Source: Anaerolineales bacterium (GTDB taxonomy: Bacteria; Chloroflexota; Anaerolineae; Anaerolineales; Villigracilaceae). Taken from it: a DNA stretch of 35,039 bases. Of this stretch, positions 8,635-17,706 are shown piece after piece. The position numbers and the translations under genes were made by a program. The stretch lies in the NCBI GenBank assembly GCA_036833655.1, contig DAITPI010000001.1:1-35039 (forward strand). The letters run 5' to 3'. Position 1 is the first letter of the stretch. Each line of letters starts with the position of its first letter. A model generated the notes under the pieces. That model saw nothing but the letters and a program-made list of their open reading frames with translations, was not told the origin of the DNA and did no database searches.

Positions 8635-9963
8635 ATGAACAATCTAAACATTGGTTTCTGGTTGCGGAGATCCGCGCTGCTATTATCACAGATTATTCTC
8701 ATCGCTGCCTTTGGTTGTGGCCCCGCGGCAACGCCGATCATTATCGAGCTTCCGACGGCGACCGGATCACCGCCCCCCATCACCGAGCCTGAAGCAACCC
8801 GGGTTCCGATCACCCTGCCTGCCACCACCGTACCGACCCCGTTCACACCCCGCGCTGTGATCAAGATCTTCAGCAATGTCCCTCTCACCGGTGACCAGGC
8901 TGCTTTCGGCCAGGATATCCTGCATGGGACAGAGCTCGCCATCCAAGACCGGAGCGGTCCACTCAACGCGGTCAGTTACAGAGTGGAGCTTGTCTCGATG
9001 GACGATCAAAACAATCGCGAGACTGCCCTGGCGAATGCCCGCCAGATCGCCTCGGATCCCGAAGTGCTCTGCGGCGTCGGGCATTATGACTCTGTTCTCA
9101 CGCTTGCCGCCTCCGACATCTACCATCAGGCGGGACTGCCCTTTGTGAGTCCCTCTGCCACTGGCGCACTGCTCACCGACCGCAATTACCTGGAAGTCAA
9201 CCGTGTGGTTGGGCGCGAAGATGGGCAGGGCCTGGCGGCTGCGCAATTCGCACAAGCCCAGGGTTACAAAACCGTCTTCATCATTGGTCAGCAGGAGCAG
9301 GCCAGCCTGCGGAACGCAGAATACTTCCGTGCCACTTCCGGCAGCCTGGGACTCCAGTGGCTCGGCTCCGTGCTAACCCCGATCAATAATGAGAACATGG
9401 ACATGACCGTTACGCGCGTGATGGAAGCCAGCCCCGACCTGGTCTATATCACCAGCGCCGCGGACGAGGCAATTCCCTTTTTGAGGGAGCTGCGCGCAGC
9501 CGGGTACCAGGGCGCCATCCTGGGAACGGAGGCGCTCAGCGATCCTGCCGTGATCAGCTCTGCCGGGGCTGCCCTGGTCGGAGGTACTGGCATGTACCTG
9601 ACCATCAGCAGCGCGCCGCCCCAGTACTACAGCGAAGGCGCGACGTTCGCCGAGGTCTTCCAGTTCAGGTACGGCACCGCACCGCTGGTCTACGCCGCGC
9701 GTGCATATGATGCCACCGGGATCTGCCTGAAAGCCATCGAGAAAGCTTCCGCCGCAAAAGGGGGCACCCTGCCCACACGCAACGAAGTGGCAAGAGCTCT
9801 CCGGCGATTGAACAATTACAAGGGTATCTCGGGCACCTATGACTTCAATCGTGAAGGCGATCCCGACCCTGTGCCTTACTACATTATGCAGATCGCCTCG
9901 GCAGACGCCGCCAAATGGAGTGAGAATCCGATCGTGGCTGCGTACGATATCACGCCTCCTTAA
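8635..9963 (+). CDS. Branched-chain amino acid ABC-type substrate-binding protein (LivK/LivJ-like), probable lipoprotein
   Basis: Signal peptide with AFGC lipobox-like motif, Pro/Thr-rich linker, PLTG..A.FG, DD, VGHYDS, SPSAT...LT, R.VGREDGQG, AYDA, YKGISG...F...GD; AGGAGAGGAG RBS before ATG 8635. Confidence 0.85.
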   Translation: MNNLNIGFWLRRSALLLSQIILIAAFGCGPAATPIIIELPTATGSPPPITEPEATRVPITLPATTVPTPFTPRAVIKIFSNVPLTGDQAAFGQDILHGTELAIQDRSGPLNAVSYRVELVSMDDQNNRETALANARQIASDPEVLCGVGHYDSVLTLAASDIYHQAGLPFVSPSATGALLTDRNYLEVNRVVGREDGQGLAAAQFAQAQGYKTVFIIGQQEQASLRNAEYFRATSGSLGLQWLGSVLTPINNENMDMTVTRVMEASPDLVYITSAADEAIPFLRELRAAGYQGAILGTEALSDPAVISSAGAALVGGTGMYLTISSAPPQYYSEGATFAEVFQFRYGTAPLVYAARAYDATGICLKAIEKASAAKGGTLPTRNEVARALRRLNNYKGISGTYDFNREGDPDPVPYYIMQIASADAAKWSENPIVAAYDITPP

Positions 9964-9998
9964 GCCTGGAACAGGCAGGTAAAACGACCGCTATGCTA

Positions 9999-10030
9999 AG
10001 GAGTCTCCAGGAGAAGGACAGGAGACTCCT
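9999..10030. terminator. Stem-loop downstream of the binding-protein gene
   Basis: AGGAGTCTCC (9999-10008)/GGAGACTCCT (10021-10030), 12-nt loop, no clear T tract. Confidence 0.4.
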
Positions 10031-10056
10031 GATTAAATCCTGTTAAAATCAGTCGC

Positions 10057-10671
10057 ATGACCTCTCCGATCAAAGCCATCATCTTCGACTTCGGCAATGT
10101 TTTGCTCGAATGGAATCCCCGCTACGTCTATCGCCGCTTCTTCCCGAATGACCCGGAAGGCATGGAGCGCTTCCTGACAGAAGTGAACTTCATGGAATGG
10201 AACATGCAGCAGGACAAGGGCCGTTCGTTCGAGGAGGGCGTTGCCCACCTGTCGCAGCAATTCCCGCAATACTCCCGGCTGATTCAGGCGTATCACGATC
10301 ATTGGATCGACTCGCTCGGCGAGTCCATCAGTGGCACCGTCCACATTCTCCAACAGCTCAAGCAGGCGGGCTATCAGGTTTATGGCTTGAGTAACTGGTC
10401 TGCAGAGACCTTCCCACGCGCGCGCGAACGGCATGATTTCTTCGATCTGCTGGACGACATGGTCATCTCCGGCGAGGTGGGACATGTCAAGCCGGATCCG
10501 GAGATTTTTCAGATTCTGCTCGAGCGGATCGGACGACCCGTAAATGAGTGCCTTTTCATAGACGATGCCCTGCCAAACATCGAGCAGGCGCAAAACCTGG
10601 GATTTGCGACTGTTCTTTTTCGTTCCCCTGAGCAACTGGAAGCGGCCCTGCGGGAGCTTGGCATCCTCTAA
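10057..10671 (+). CDS. HAD-superfamily hydrolase (YihX-like phosphatase)
   Basis: IIFDFGNVL motif I, LSN motif II, KPDPEIF motif III, FIDD...N motif IV. Confidence 0.9.
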   Translation: MTSPIKAIIFDFGNVLLEWNPRYVYRRFFPNDPEGMERFLTEVNFMEWNMQQDKGRSFEEGVAHLSQQFPQYSRLIQAYHDHWIDSLGESISGTVHILQQLKQAGYQVYGLSNWSAETFPRARERHDFFDLLDDMVISGEVGHVKPDPEIFQILLERIGRPVNECLFIDDALPNIEQAQNLGFATVLFRSPEQLEAALRELGIL

Positions 10672-10774
10672 AGACCTGTCCAATTGACCAGTCCAGACCT
10701 GTCCTCCGGGAGGGTCTCGCGGCGCGCCTCGTATGATAAGATTCATTCGAATCTCGCAATACGGCGGACCATCC

Positions 10775-11797
10775 ATGAGTCTCATCCACATCGAAAACCT
10801 CACGAAGCACTTCAAGATCCTGAATCGCCGCGAGGGCTTGAGGGGCGCGTTCCGCGATCTCTTCTCGGGCGACTACCGCACCGTCGAAGCGGTGGCGGGC
10901 ATCTCATTTGACATCGAGCCGGGCGAGATCGTCGGGTACATCGGTCCCAACGGAGCCGGGAAGTCCACGACCATCAAGATGATGACGGGCATCCTGAAGC
11001 CGACAAGCGGCGTCATCGAGGTCAATGGACGGGCGCCCTACGATAATCGCATCCGCCAGGCGCAGATCATGGGTGTGGTTTTCGGTCAGCGCTCCCAGCT
11101 CTGGTGGGACCTGCCGGTGATCGAGTCGTTTAAGATCCTCCGAGAGATCTACAAGGTGGACCAGCAAACCTTCGATCGGCACATGGATATGTTCAATGAG
11201 CTGGTGGGTTTGAAGTCGCTCTACACCCAGCAAGTGCGCACGCTGTCCCTCGGGCAGCGCATGTTATGCGATATCACCGCTTCGTTCCTACACAACCCGC
11301 AGGTGGTGTTCCTGGACGAGCCCACCATTGGGCTGGACATTTCGGTGAAGGCCAAGATCCGTTCCGTGATCAAAGAGCTGAACAGTGAGCGCGCCACGAC
11401 TATCATCCTCACCACGCACGACCTCGGCGATGTAGAGGCGCTCTGCCACCGCATCATCATCATCGATAAGGGCCGCATCCTGTACGATGGCGACATCAAG
11501 CGGGTGAACGCCTTGTTCGGCGCTTATCGCACGCTCAAGCTGCAGATCGACAATTTTACAGAAGCTACCCTGCCCCAACTGACATCGAAGATCAACGAGT
11601 GCTTCGCAGGCAATCACGGGATCTCGGTTGCCGAGACCGAAGAGTTCTGGACCGACGTCACGATCGACCAGGCGCGCACCCCTCTCTCGGAGGTGCTCAG
11701 CTGTACCATGAGCAACTTCCCGATCAGCGATGTGCGCATCGTGGAGATCTCCATGGAAAACGTCGTCCGGCGCGTGTACGAAGGGGCGCTCGCATGA
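10775..11797 (+). CDS. ABC-2 type transporter ATP-binding protein
   Basis: GPNGAGKST, VFGQRSQLWWDLP, LSLGQRM, FLDEPTIGLD, LTTHDL; start at ATG 10775. Confidence 0.92.
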   Translation: MSLIHIENLTKHFKILNRREGLRGAFRDLFSGDYRTVEAVAGISFDIEPGEIVGYIGPNGAGKSTTIKMMTGILKPTSGVIEVNGRAPYDNRIRQAQIMGVVFGQRSQLWWDLPVIESFKILREIYKVDQQTFDRHMDMFNELVGLKSLYTQQVRTLSLGQRMLCDITASFLHNPQVVFLDEPTIGLDISVKAKIRSVIKELNSERATTIILTTHDLGDVEALCHRIIIIDKGRILYDGDIKRVNALFGAYRTLKLQIDNFTEATLPQLTSKINECFAGNHGISVAETEEFWTDVTIDQARTPLSEVLSCTMSNFPISDVRIVEISMENVVRRVYEGALA

Positions 11798-12585
11798 GAA
11801 CGTATCTGCCGGTGGCGCGCGGCACCTTCATGGTCGGCATGGTGTACCGCTTTGGATTCCTGTTCACGATCTTGGGTAACATCGTATACCTGGGAGTCGC
11901 GTACTACCTGTGGCGGAGCATTTATCGCTACGCCGATGTGATCCGCGGATTGACGTTCAACGAAACGTTCCTTTACGTGGGGCTCGGCAGCGCGGCCTTC
12001 ATCCTGCTCAAAACCTATGCGGACTGGTATCTCCATTATGAGATCCGCGAGGGGATCATCGCCATGTACCTGACCAAGCCGATCGATCTCCAGCTATATA
12101 TGCTGTTTGCCAACCTGGGCTCGCTGTTGATGAACCTGCTGGCAATCAGCTTGCCGACGGTCATCATGCTGGGCCTGGTCTTCCGCATCAACATTCCTCT
12201 TGGCGCGGGCATCTTTCTCTTTCCGGTCAGCCTGCTGCTGGCGTTTCTGATCAGCTTTTCCATCGATTACTTCATCGGGCTGATGGGTTTCTATTCCGAG
12301 TCGGTCTGGGGCTTGAGCACAACCAAGGAAATCATCGTGACGGTCTTTTCGGGCGCCCTCATCCCGCTGCAGTTCTTTCCGGACGCGATCCAGAGAATTC
12401 TTTTGTGGCTGCCGTTTCAGGCGATCTACCACACACCGCTCATGATGCTAACGCGCCCGGATCAGGGTCTGCAGGTATTCCTGCCCATGATGGCCGTCCA
12501 GCTCGCCTGGGTCGTGATCCTTTTTATCCTGGGTCGCCTCTTCTATACACAGGCGGTCAAAGTCCTGCGGATCGCCGGAGGCTGA
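11794..12585 (+). CDS. ABC-2 family permease
   Basis: About six hydrophobic segments, I.EG.I..YL.KP and FSGALIPL.FFP...LPFQ motifs; ATGA overlap with the ATPase stop, so the start is 11794, not 11599. Confidence 0.88.
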   Translation: MRTYLPVARGTFMVGMVYRFGFLFTILGNIVYLGVAYYLWRSIYRYADVIRGLTFNETFLYVGLGSAAFILLKTYADWYLHYEIREGIIAMYLTKPIDLQLYMLFANLGSLLMNLLAISLPTVIMLGLVFRINIPLGAGIFLFPVSLLLAFLISFSIDYFIGLMGFYSESVWGLSTTKEIIVTVFSGALIPLQFFPDAIQRILLWLPFQAIYHTPLMMLTRPDQGLQVFLPMMAVQLAWVVILFILGRLFYTQAVKVLRIAGG

Positions 12586-12588
12586 TTC

Positions 12589-13386
12589 ATGCGCTCGCTT
12601 GGTGAATACCTCCGCCTCTACCTCCTGATCGAAAAGCAATACATCAAGGCGCGCCTGCAGTATCGTGCGGACTTTATCATCAGCTCGATCGGAATGTTCT
12701 TCTCCAGCCTCGCCACTCTCGGGGTTTTCTGGGTGATCCTTAAATCGGTGCCGGACCTCTCCGGCTGGTCGCTGATGGAGATGGTCTTTATCTACGCCTT
12801 CTACATGATCGCGATCTCGCCCATGCAGATCCTTTTCGATCATGCCTGGCAGATCCGTTTTCATATCCTGCAAGGCACATTCCTCAAGTATTATTTCCGT
12901 CCGCTCAACATGATGTTCTACTACATGTCCGAGATGTTCGATCTCAAGGGACTCACTCAGTTAGTGGTTGGCATTGCGCTGCTGATCTACGCCTCGGCAC
13001 AGCTACACATGGACTGGACTCTGGTCCGACTTCTGTTGCTGCTGCTGACGCTCTTCAGCGCGGCGCTCGTACAGATCTCGATCATCGTCGCGGCATCGTG
13101 CGCGGCGTTCTGGGTGTTGGACTCCTACCCGGTTCTCGGGCTGGCATGGAAACTGCGCGAATTCTCGCCCTACCCGATGAGCATTTTCGACGGCGCGTTC
13201 CGTTTTGCCTTTACGTATGTCATCCCGATCGGGTTTGTTGCCTTTTATCCTTCGCAGCTCTTCCTGCGCCCGGAAGAGGTCTCTCCACTGGTTTACCTCT
13301 CCCCTATCGTCGGGGTGGGACTCTTCGTCTTGACCTACCAGATCTGGACGAAAGGCGTGAACTCCTATACTGGAACAGGATCTTAA
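12589..13386 (+). CDS. ABC-2 family permease (second subunit)
   Basis: QYRADF, GWS..E, G.F..Y..RPL, YP..IF, IPIGFVAFYP, Y.GTGS C-terminus typical of this paired-permease group. Confidence 0.88.
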   Translation: MRSLGEYLRLYLLIEKQYIKARLQYRADFIISSIGMFFSSLATLGVFWVILKSVPDLSGWSLMEMVFIYAFYMIAISPMQILFDHAWQIRFHILQGTFLKYYFRPLNMMFYYMSEMFDLKGLTQLVVGIALLIYASAQLHMDWTLVRLLLLLLTLFSAALVQISIIVAASCAAFWVLDSYPVLGLAWKLREFSPYPMSIFDGAFRFAFTYVIPIGFVAFYPSQLFLRPEEVSPLVYLSPIVGVGLFVLTYQIWTKGVNSYTGTGS

Positions 13387-13389
13387 TTC

Positions 13390-14421
13390 ATGGACACCAA
13401 AACATTGCTTCCATACATCGAGCAGGAATTGCAACGACAGGTCGCGCGCCTCGACTCGCCGCGCAGCAGACTTTTTCACGAGATGCTGACCTATCACATG
13501 GGCTGGACCGGCGAGGGCGCCGGACCCGAAGCCGCCGGCAAACGCATTCGTCCGCTACTGGTATTGTTGTGCGCGGCTGCGTGCGAGTCCGCCTCGCGCG
13601 GCGCCGCAGGCGAAGTCGAGGCATGGCAAGCCGCGTTACCCGCCGCGGCAGCGGTGGAGCTGGTTCACAACTTCTCACTGGTGCACGATGACATCCAGGA
13701 CAATTCCGACCGGCGCCGCGGGCGCCCGACTGCCTGGGTGAAGTGGGGCGCCCCGATGGCGATCAACGTCGGCGACGCGTTGTTCGTGATGTCCAACCAG
13801 GCGATCCTGGATCTCAAAGCGAGTTATCCCGCAGAAACCGTCGTGCGAGCCGCGGAGATTTTGCATACTACCTGCCTCGAGCTCACGCGTGGACAATTCC
13901 TCGATATGTCCTATGAGGAGCGAAACGATCTGACCGTGGAAGATTACTGGCCTATGATCGCAGGCAAGACGGCCGCGCTGCTCTCCGCCTGCTGTCATAT
14001 CGGCGCACTGCTCGGTGGGTCTGATGAAGCAAAGCAAGATGCGTATCGAGCCTTCGGCCATTACCTTGGACTCGCCTTCCAGGTCCAGGATGACATCCTC
14101 GGCATCTGGGGCGACGAAGCGCTGACCGGCAAATCCGCAGCCAGTGACCTGATCGAAGGCAAAAACTCCCTGCCCGTGCTGGCGGGACTCGGCGCCAATG
14201 GCAAATTCGCCAGGCGCTGGCGGCAGGGACCTGTCCGCCCTGACGAAGTACAGGAGCTGGCGCGGCTGCTGGTAAGCGAGGGCGGCTACGAGGCCGCCAC
14301 GGATGCATCCAGGCAGATGACGGATCTTGCCCTCCTGAGCCTGCGCGAAGCCGATCCCCAGGGCGAAGCCGGCCAGGCTCTCTTCGATCTGGCAGACATG
14401 CTGTTGAAGAGAAATCAGTGA
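13390..14421 (+). CDS. Short-chain polyprenyl diphosphate synthase (GGPP synthase/IdsA-like)
   Basis: GKRIRP, ELVHNFSLVHDDIQD..DRRRG (FARM), GQFLD, KTAAL, FQVQDDILG (SARM), DLIEGK. Confidence 0.92.
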   Translation: MDTKTLLPYIEQELQRQVARLDSPRSRLFHEMLTYHMGWTGEGAGPEAAGKRIRPLLVLLCAAACESASRGAAGEVEAWQAALPAAAAVELVHNFSLVHDDIQDNSDRRRGRPTAWVKWGAPMAINVGDALFVMSNQAILDLKASYPAETVVRAAEILHTTCLELTRGQFLDMSYEERNDLTVEDYWPMIAGKTAALLSACCHIGALLGGSDEAKQDAYRAFGHYLGLAFQVQDDILGIWGDEALTGKSAASDLIEGKNSLPVLAGLGANGKFARRWRQGPVRPDEVQELARLLVSEGGYEAATDASRQMTDLALLSLREADPQGEAGQALFDLADMLLKRNQ

Positions 14422-14470
14422 TGGGACCTGATGCTCCCAACGGACCTTCGACTTTCGCTTTTCCTCCCTG

Positions 14471-14479
14471 TGTTATAAT
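14471..14479 (+). promoter_or_regulatory. Extended -10 promoter element upstream of tRNA-Gly
   Basis: TGTTATAAT (TGn-TATAAT). Confidence 0.55.
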
Positions 14480-14542
14480 CCTGCCATTCTAAAACGAACT
14501 CTTGCTCTCCCCAACTCTGAGCAGGAATGGTGGTCTACATAT

Positions 14543-14614
14543 GCGGGTGTAGTTCAGTGGTAGAACGCTTGCTTCCCAAGCAAGATATCGTGGGTTCGAG
14601 TCCCATCACCCGCT
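14543..14614 (+). tRNA. tRNA-Gly (anticodon CCC), CCA not encoded
   Basis: Acceptor GCGGGTG/CACCCGC with U discriminator, D-arm AGTTCAGTGGTAGAAC, anticodon arm CTTGC-TTCCCAA-GCAAG (CCC at 14575-14577), T-arm GGTTCGAGTCC. Confidence 0.97.
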
Positions 14615-14651
14615 TCTGATTCGGCGGTGCTCCGGCGCTGCCTCCGGTGCG

Positions 14652-14685
14652 AATGTCGAGGAGAGGCTCCTCGACATTTTTGTTT
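14652..14685 (+). terminator. Intrinsic terminator after tRNA-Gly
   Basis: AATGTCGAGGAG-AGG-CTCCTCGACATT followed by TTTGTTT. Confidence 0.85.
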
Positions 14686-14758
14686 GTTATTTTGTAAGGT
14701 ACCTGTCATGTCCCCCCTCAACGGTCATATGTAAAATCAAGTTCGGAGGTTCCGTACA

Positions 14759-15154
14759 ATGGCCGCACCAGAGACAAAAGGAACAGTACTATATATCGAA
14801 GACAACCCCGATAACCGCCTGCTCGTGAAGCGGATCCTGCTCGCAGATGACTATGAGCTGCTCGAAGCCCGGAACGCTTTCGAGGCGCTGGACGTTCTGG
14901 CGAAGGTCCACCCGGACCTGATCTTGATGGACATCAACATGCCGGAGATGGATGGCTACACTCTGACCGCCAGAATCAAGTCCCTGCCCGATTTCGAGCG
15001 GACTCCCATCCTGGCGCTGACCGCCAACGTCATGCGCGGCGACAAGGAGAAGACCCTGGAAGCCGGCTGCGATGGGTACATCCAAAAACCGATCGACATC
15101 GACCAGCTCACTCGGGTCATTGAACGTTTTATCACGAGGAGAACAAATGCCTGA
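14759..15154 (+). CDS. Single-domain response regulator (DivK/CheY-like receiver)
   Basis: IEDNPDN, PDLILMDINMPEMDG, ALTA, AGCDGYIQKP; phospho-Asp, Thr and Lys intact; GGAGG RBS. Confidence 0.93.
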   Translation: MAAPETKGTVLYIEDNPDNRLLVKRILLADDYELLEARNAFEALDVLAKVHPDLILMDINMPEMDGYTLTARIKSLPDFERTPILALTANVMRGDKEKTLEAGCDGYIQKPIDIDQLTRVIERFITRRTNA

Positions 15155-15590
15155 CAATATTATAGATACCCAACCGATCAAGAAACCGACCATCCCCAAG
15201 GACGCGACCGTCCTGGTGGTGGAGGACAATGTGGCGAACTTCGTCTTGATCGCCCGCATGTTGGGATACCTGGGCATCCATTGTGAATGGAAGACATCCG
15301 GCTATGAGGTGGTAGAGTACGCGGATACGCTGCAGCGTCTCGACCTGATCCTGATGGACATCCGCCTGCCCTATGAGGACGGCTATGGCGCCTTGAAAAA
15401 GATCCGCGCCTCGAACCGGCTGAAATCGATCCCGATCATTGCCGTGACTGCCGAAGCCAGCACCGACCAGATGAACAAAGCAAAGAGTTCTGGCTTCGAT
15501 GGCTTCCTCGGGAAGCCGCTCGACCCGGATAGATTTCCGGATCAAATCCGCCGCATTTTGAATGGAGAATCCGTCTGGGAATTTAGTTAG
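15147..15590 (+). CDS. Single-domain response regulator (receiver only)
   Basis: VEDN, DLILMDIRLP..DG, AVTA, GFDGFLGKP; GAGGAG RBS; ATG 15147 overlaps the previous stop. Confidence 0.92.
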   Translation: MPDNIIDTQPIKKPTIPKDATVLVVEDNVANFVLIARMLGYLGIHCEWKTSGYEVVEYADTLQRLDLILMDIRLPYEDGYGALKKIRASNRLKSIPIIAVTAEASTDQMNKAKSSGFDGFLGKPLDPDRFPDQIRRILNGESVWEFS

Positions 15591-15603
15591 CCGCCCCCTT
15601 CTC

Positions 15604-17706
15604 ATGAGCGCCAACCCACTGAGCACGAACAGCCTCTTAATTACTGCCTACTTTATCACCAGCGGTAACTGCCTCCAGCTCGCACAGTATTCAGATCCGA
15701 TCCAGACCACGCTGCCGCGCGGGATCGAGCTGCCACTCGCCGAGATGGAGGGGTTTCTACGCGAGGGTCCCGTCCGGGCGGACTTGCGGAAGGCTTCCTC
15801 CCTTCCACCGCCGCTGGCTGGGTACACCCGCCAGCTGGGATGTGAGGCAGCCGCGTATGTTCCCATCCATCAAAAAGGACAACTGCGCGGCTTTGTCTTA
15901 ATTGGCGCTCGTCCCGGGCAAATCCTGGAGCAGGAGATCGTGGATGCCTTCGCGCGGACGGTCTGGCTCACCGGCAGCGCCCTCAATGACTCGACAGCGC
16001 TCACTGGGCCGCTCGACGACCGGGGCTCCCTGGAACGAAAAGCCCTGGATGCCCTCGCTTCCGGCGCCGCCAACGTGGACGAATTGCGGACCTTCTACTC
16101 CCTCATCCACGACCAGGTCCGGGCGGTGATCGGCAACCATGGCTTTGTGATCGCCCTGTATGACCAGCGCACGAATTCGATCAATATCCCTTACCTGTAC
16201 GAAGACAATACCTTTTCATCTATTGATACGTTCCCCCTTGGCGAAGGTTTAACGTCCATCCTGATCCGCACCCGCGAGCCACTCATGCTGGTGGAGGACA
16301 CCGAAAAGCGGGCGATTTCCATGGGCGCCAAGATCTCCGGAAAACCAGCCAAGTCGTGGCTGGGTGTGCCTCTCCTGGCGCGCGGCGAGGCCATCGGCGC
16401 TATCATCCTCCAGGATCTGGAGCACGAGCACAGCTTCACGGAACGGGATCTGCGCTTCCTCGTCTCAGTCGCGAACCAGGTCTCGGGCGCCATCCACAAC
16501 GTCCGTCTGATCGAGGAGAGCAAACAGAGCGCGTTGCAGTTCGAGACTGCGGCAGAGATCGCCCGCGACATCAGCAGCTCGCTCGATCTCGATGAGCTCC
16601 TGCAGAAGGCAGTCGAGCTCATCCGCTCACGCTTTGACTTCTATCACGCGGCGGTCTTCCTTAAAGACCTGCCCGGGGAATTCGTCGTTGTACGGGAAGC
16701 CACCGGCGACCCGGGCCTGCACATGAAGCGCTCCGGTCACAAACTGGGAGTAGGCTCCAAGTCCGTGGTCGGGTATGTGGCAGGCAGCGGCGAGCCACTG
16801 ATCGTCAACGACACCGGGCGCGACGCCAACTACTATCCCAACCGCTTGTTGCCCGAGACGCGCGCCGAGGCAGCCATCCCTCTAAAAGTCGGCGACCGTA
16901 TCGTTGGCGTGCTGGACGTTCACAGTCGCGAGGCCTATGCGTTTGCCGTCGACAACCTGCGCACACTACAGATCCTGGCAGACCAGCTGGCGATCGCCGT
17001 GGTCAACACCGAGCTCTTTGCCGAGACACAGGAGCACCTCGCCCAGCATCGTCTGCTACACCACATCACCACCACGGCTGCGTCCGGCACCACCCTGGAT
17101 GAAGCGCTGCAATCCGCCGTCAACGGGCTGCAGGTTACCCTGGGCGGAGACCGCGTCTCCATCCTCCTGGCCGACCGCGAGAAACGGATGCTGGAGGTCA
17201 AAGCTGCGGTGGGGTATGCCAGCGACGTGTTCAATCTCCACATCGCGGTGGGCAGCGGCATTACTGGCTGGGTGGCAGCCCATCGCCGTCCGTTACGCAT
17301 CCACAATGTATTGCAGGATACACGGTATATCGAGGGCAGCTCGAACACGCGCTCTGAACTCGCGATCCCGCTTCTCTACCGCAGCGAGCTTCTGGGCGTC
17401 CTCAATGTAGAGAGCGAGCAGTTCTCTGCCTATGCCGAGAATGATGAAGAATTGCTGGGCACGCTGGGCGGCAGCCTGGCAGCCATCATTGCGAATGCCC
17501 GGTTGATGGAGCAGATCCGTGCTCAGGTCGAGCGCGAACGCATTCTGTTCGAGATCTCTGATAAGATCCGCCGCACCACCGATATGGAGACGATCCTGGC
17601 AACGACCGCCAGCGAGCTGACCCGGGCAGTCGGCGCGACCGGCGCACACATTAAGCTGGGAGTCACCCCTGCGAGCACGCGCAAGAACAGGCATGGAGAT
17701 GAATAG
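15604..17706 (+). CDS. Soluble multi-GAF protein (one degenerate plus three full GAFs and a C-terminal half-GAF tail), no output domain
   Basis: GAF core motifs AAYVPI...LRGFVLIG, KSWLGVPL...IGAIILQD, TRAEAAIPL...VGVLDVHS, TRSELAIPL...LGVLNVES; no TM segment. Start uncertain (15562 or 15604). Confidence 0.85.
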   Translation: MSANPLSTNSLLITAYFITSGNCLQLAQYSDPIQTTLPRGIELPLAEMEGFLREGPVRADLRKASSLPPPLAGYTRQLGCEAAAYVPIHQKGQLRGFVLIGARPGQILEQEIVDAFARTVWLTGSALNDSTALTGPLDDRGSLERKALDALASGAANVDELRTFYSLIHDQVRAVIGNHGFVIALYDQRTNSINIPYLYEDNTFSSIDTFPLGEGLTSILIRTREPLMLVEDTEKRAISMGAKISGKPAKSWLGVPLLARGEAIGAIILQDLEHEHSFTERDLRFLVSVANQVSGAIHNVRLIEESKQSALQFETAAEIARDISSSLDLDELLQKAVELIRSRFDFYHAAVFLKDLPGEFVVVREATGDPGLHMKRSGHKLGVGSKSVVGYVAGSGEPLIVNDTGRDANYYPNRLLPETRAEAAIPLKVGDRIVGVLDVHSREAYAFAVDNLRTLQILADQLAIAVVNTELFAETQEHLAQHRLLHHITTTAASGTTLDEALQSAVNGLQVTLGGDRVSILLADREKRMLEVKAAVGYASDVFNLHIAVGSGITGWVAAHRRPLRIHNVLQDTRYIEGSSNTRSELAIPLLYRSELLGVLNVESEQFSAYAENDEELLGTLGGSLAAIIANARLMEQIRAQVERERILFEISDKIRRTTDMETILATTASELTRAVGATGAHIKLGVTPASTRKNRHGDE

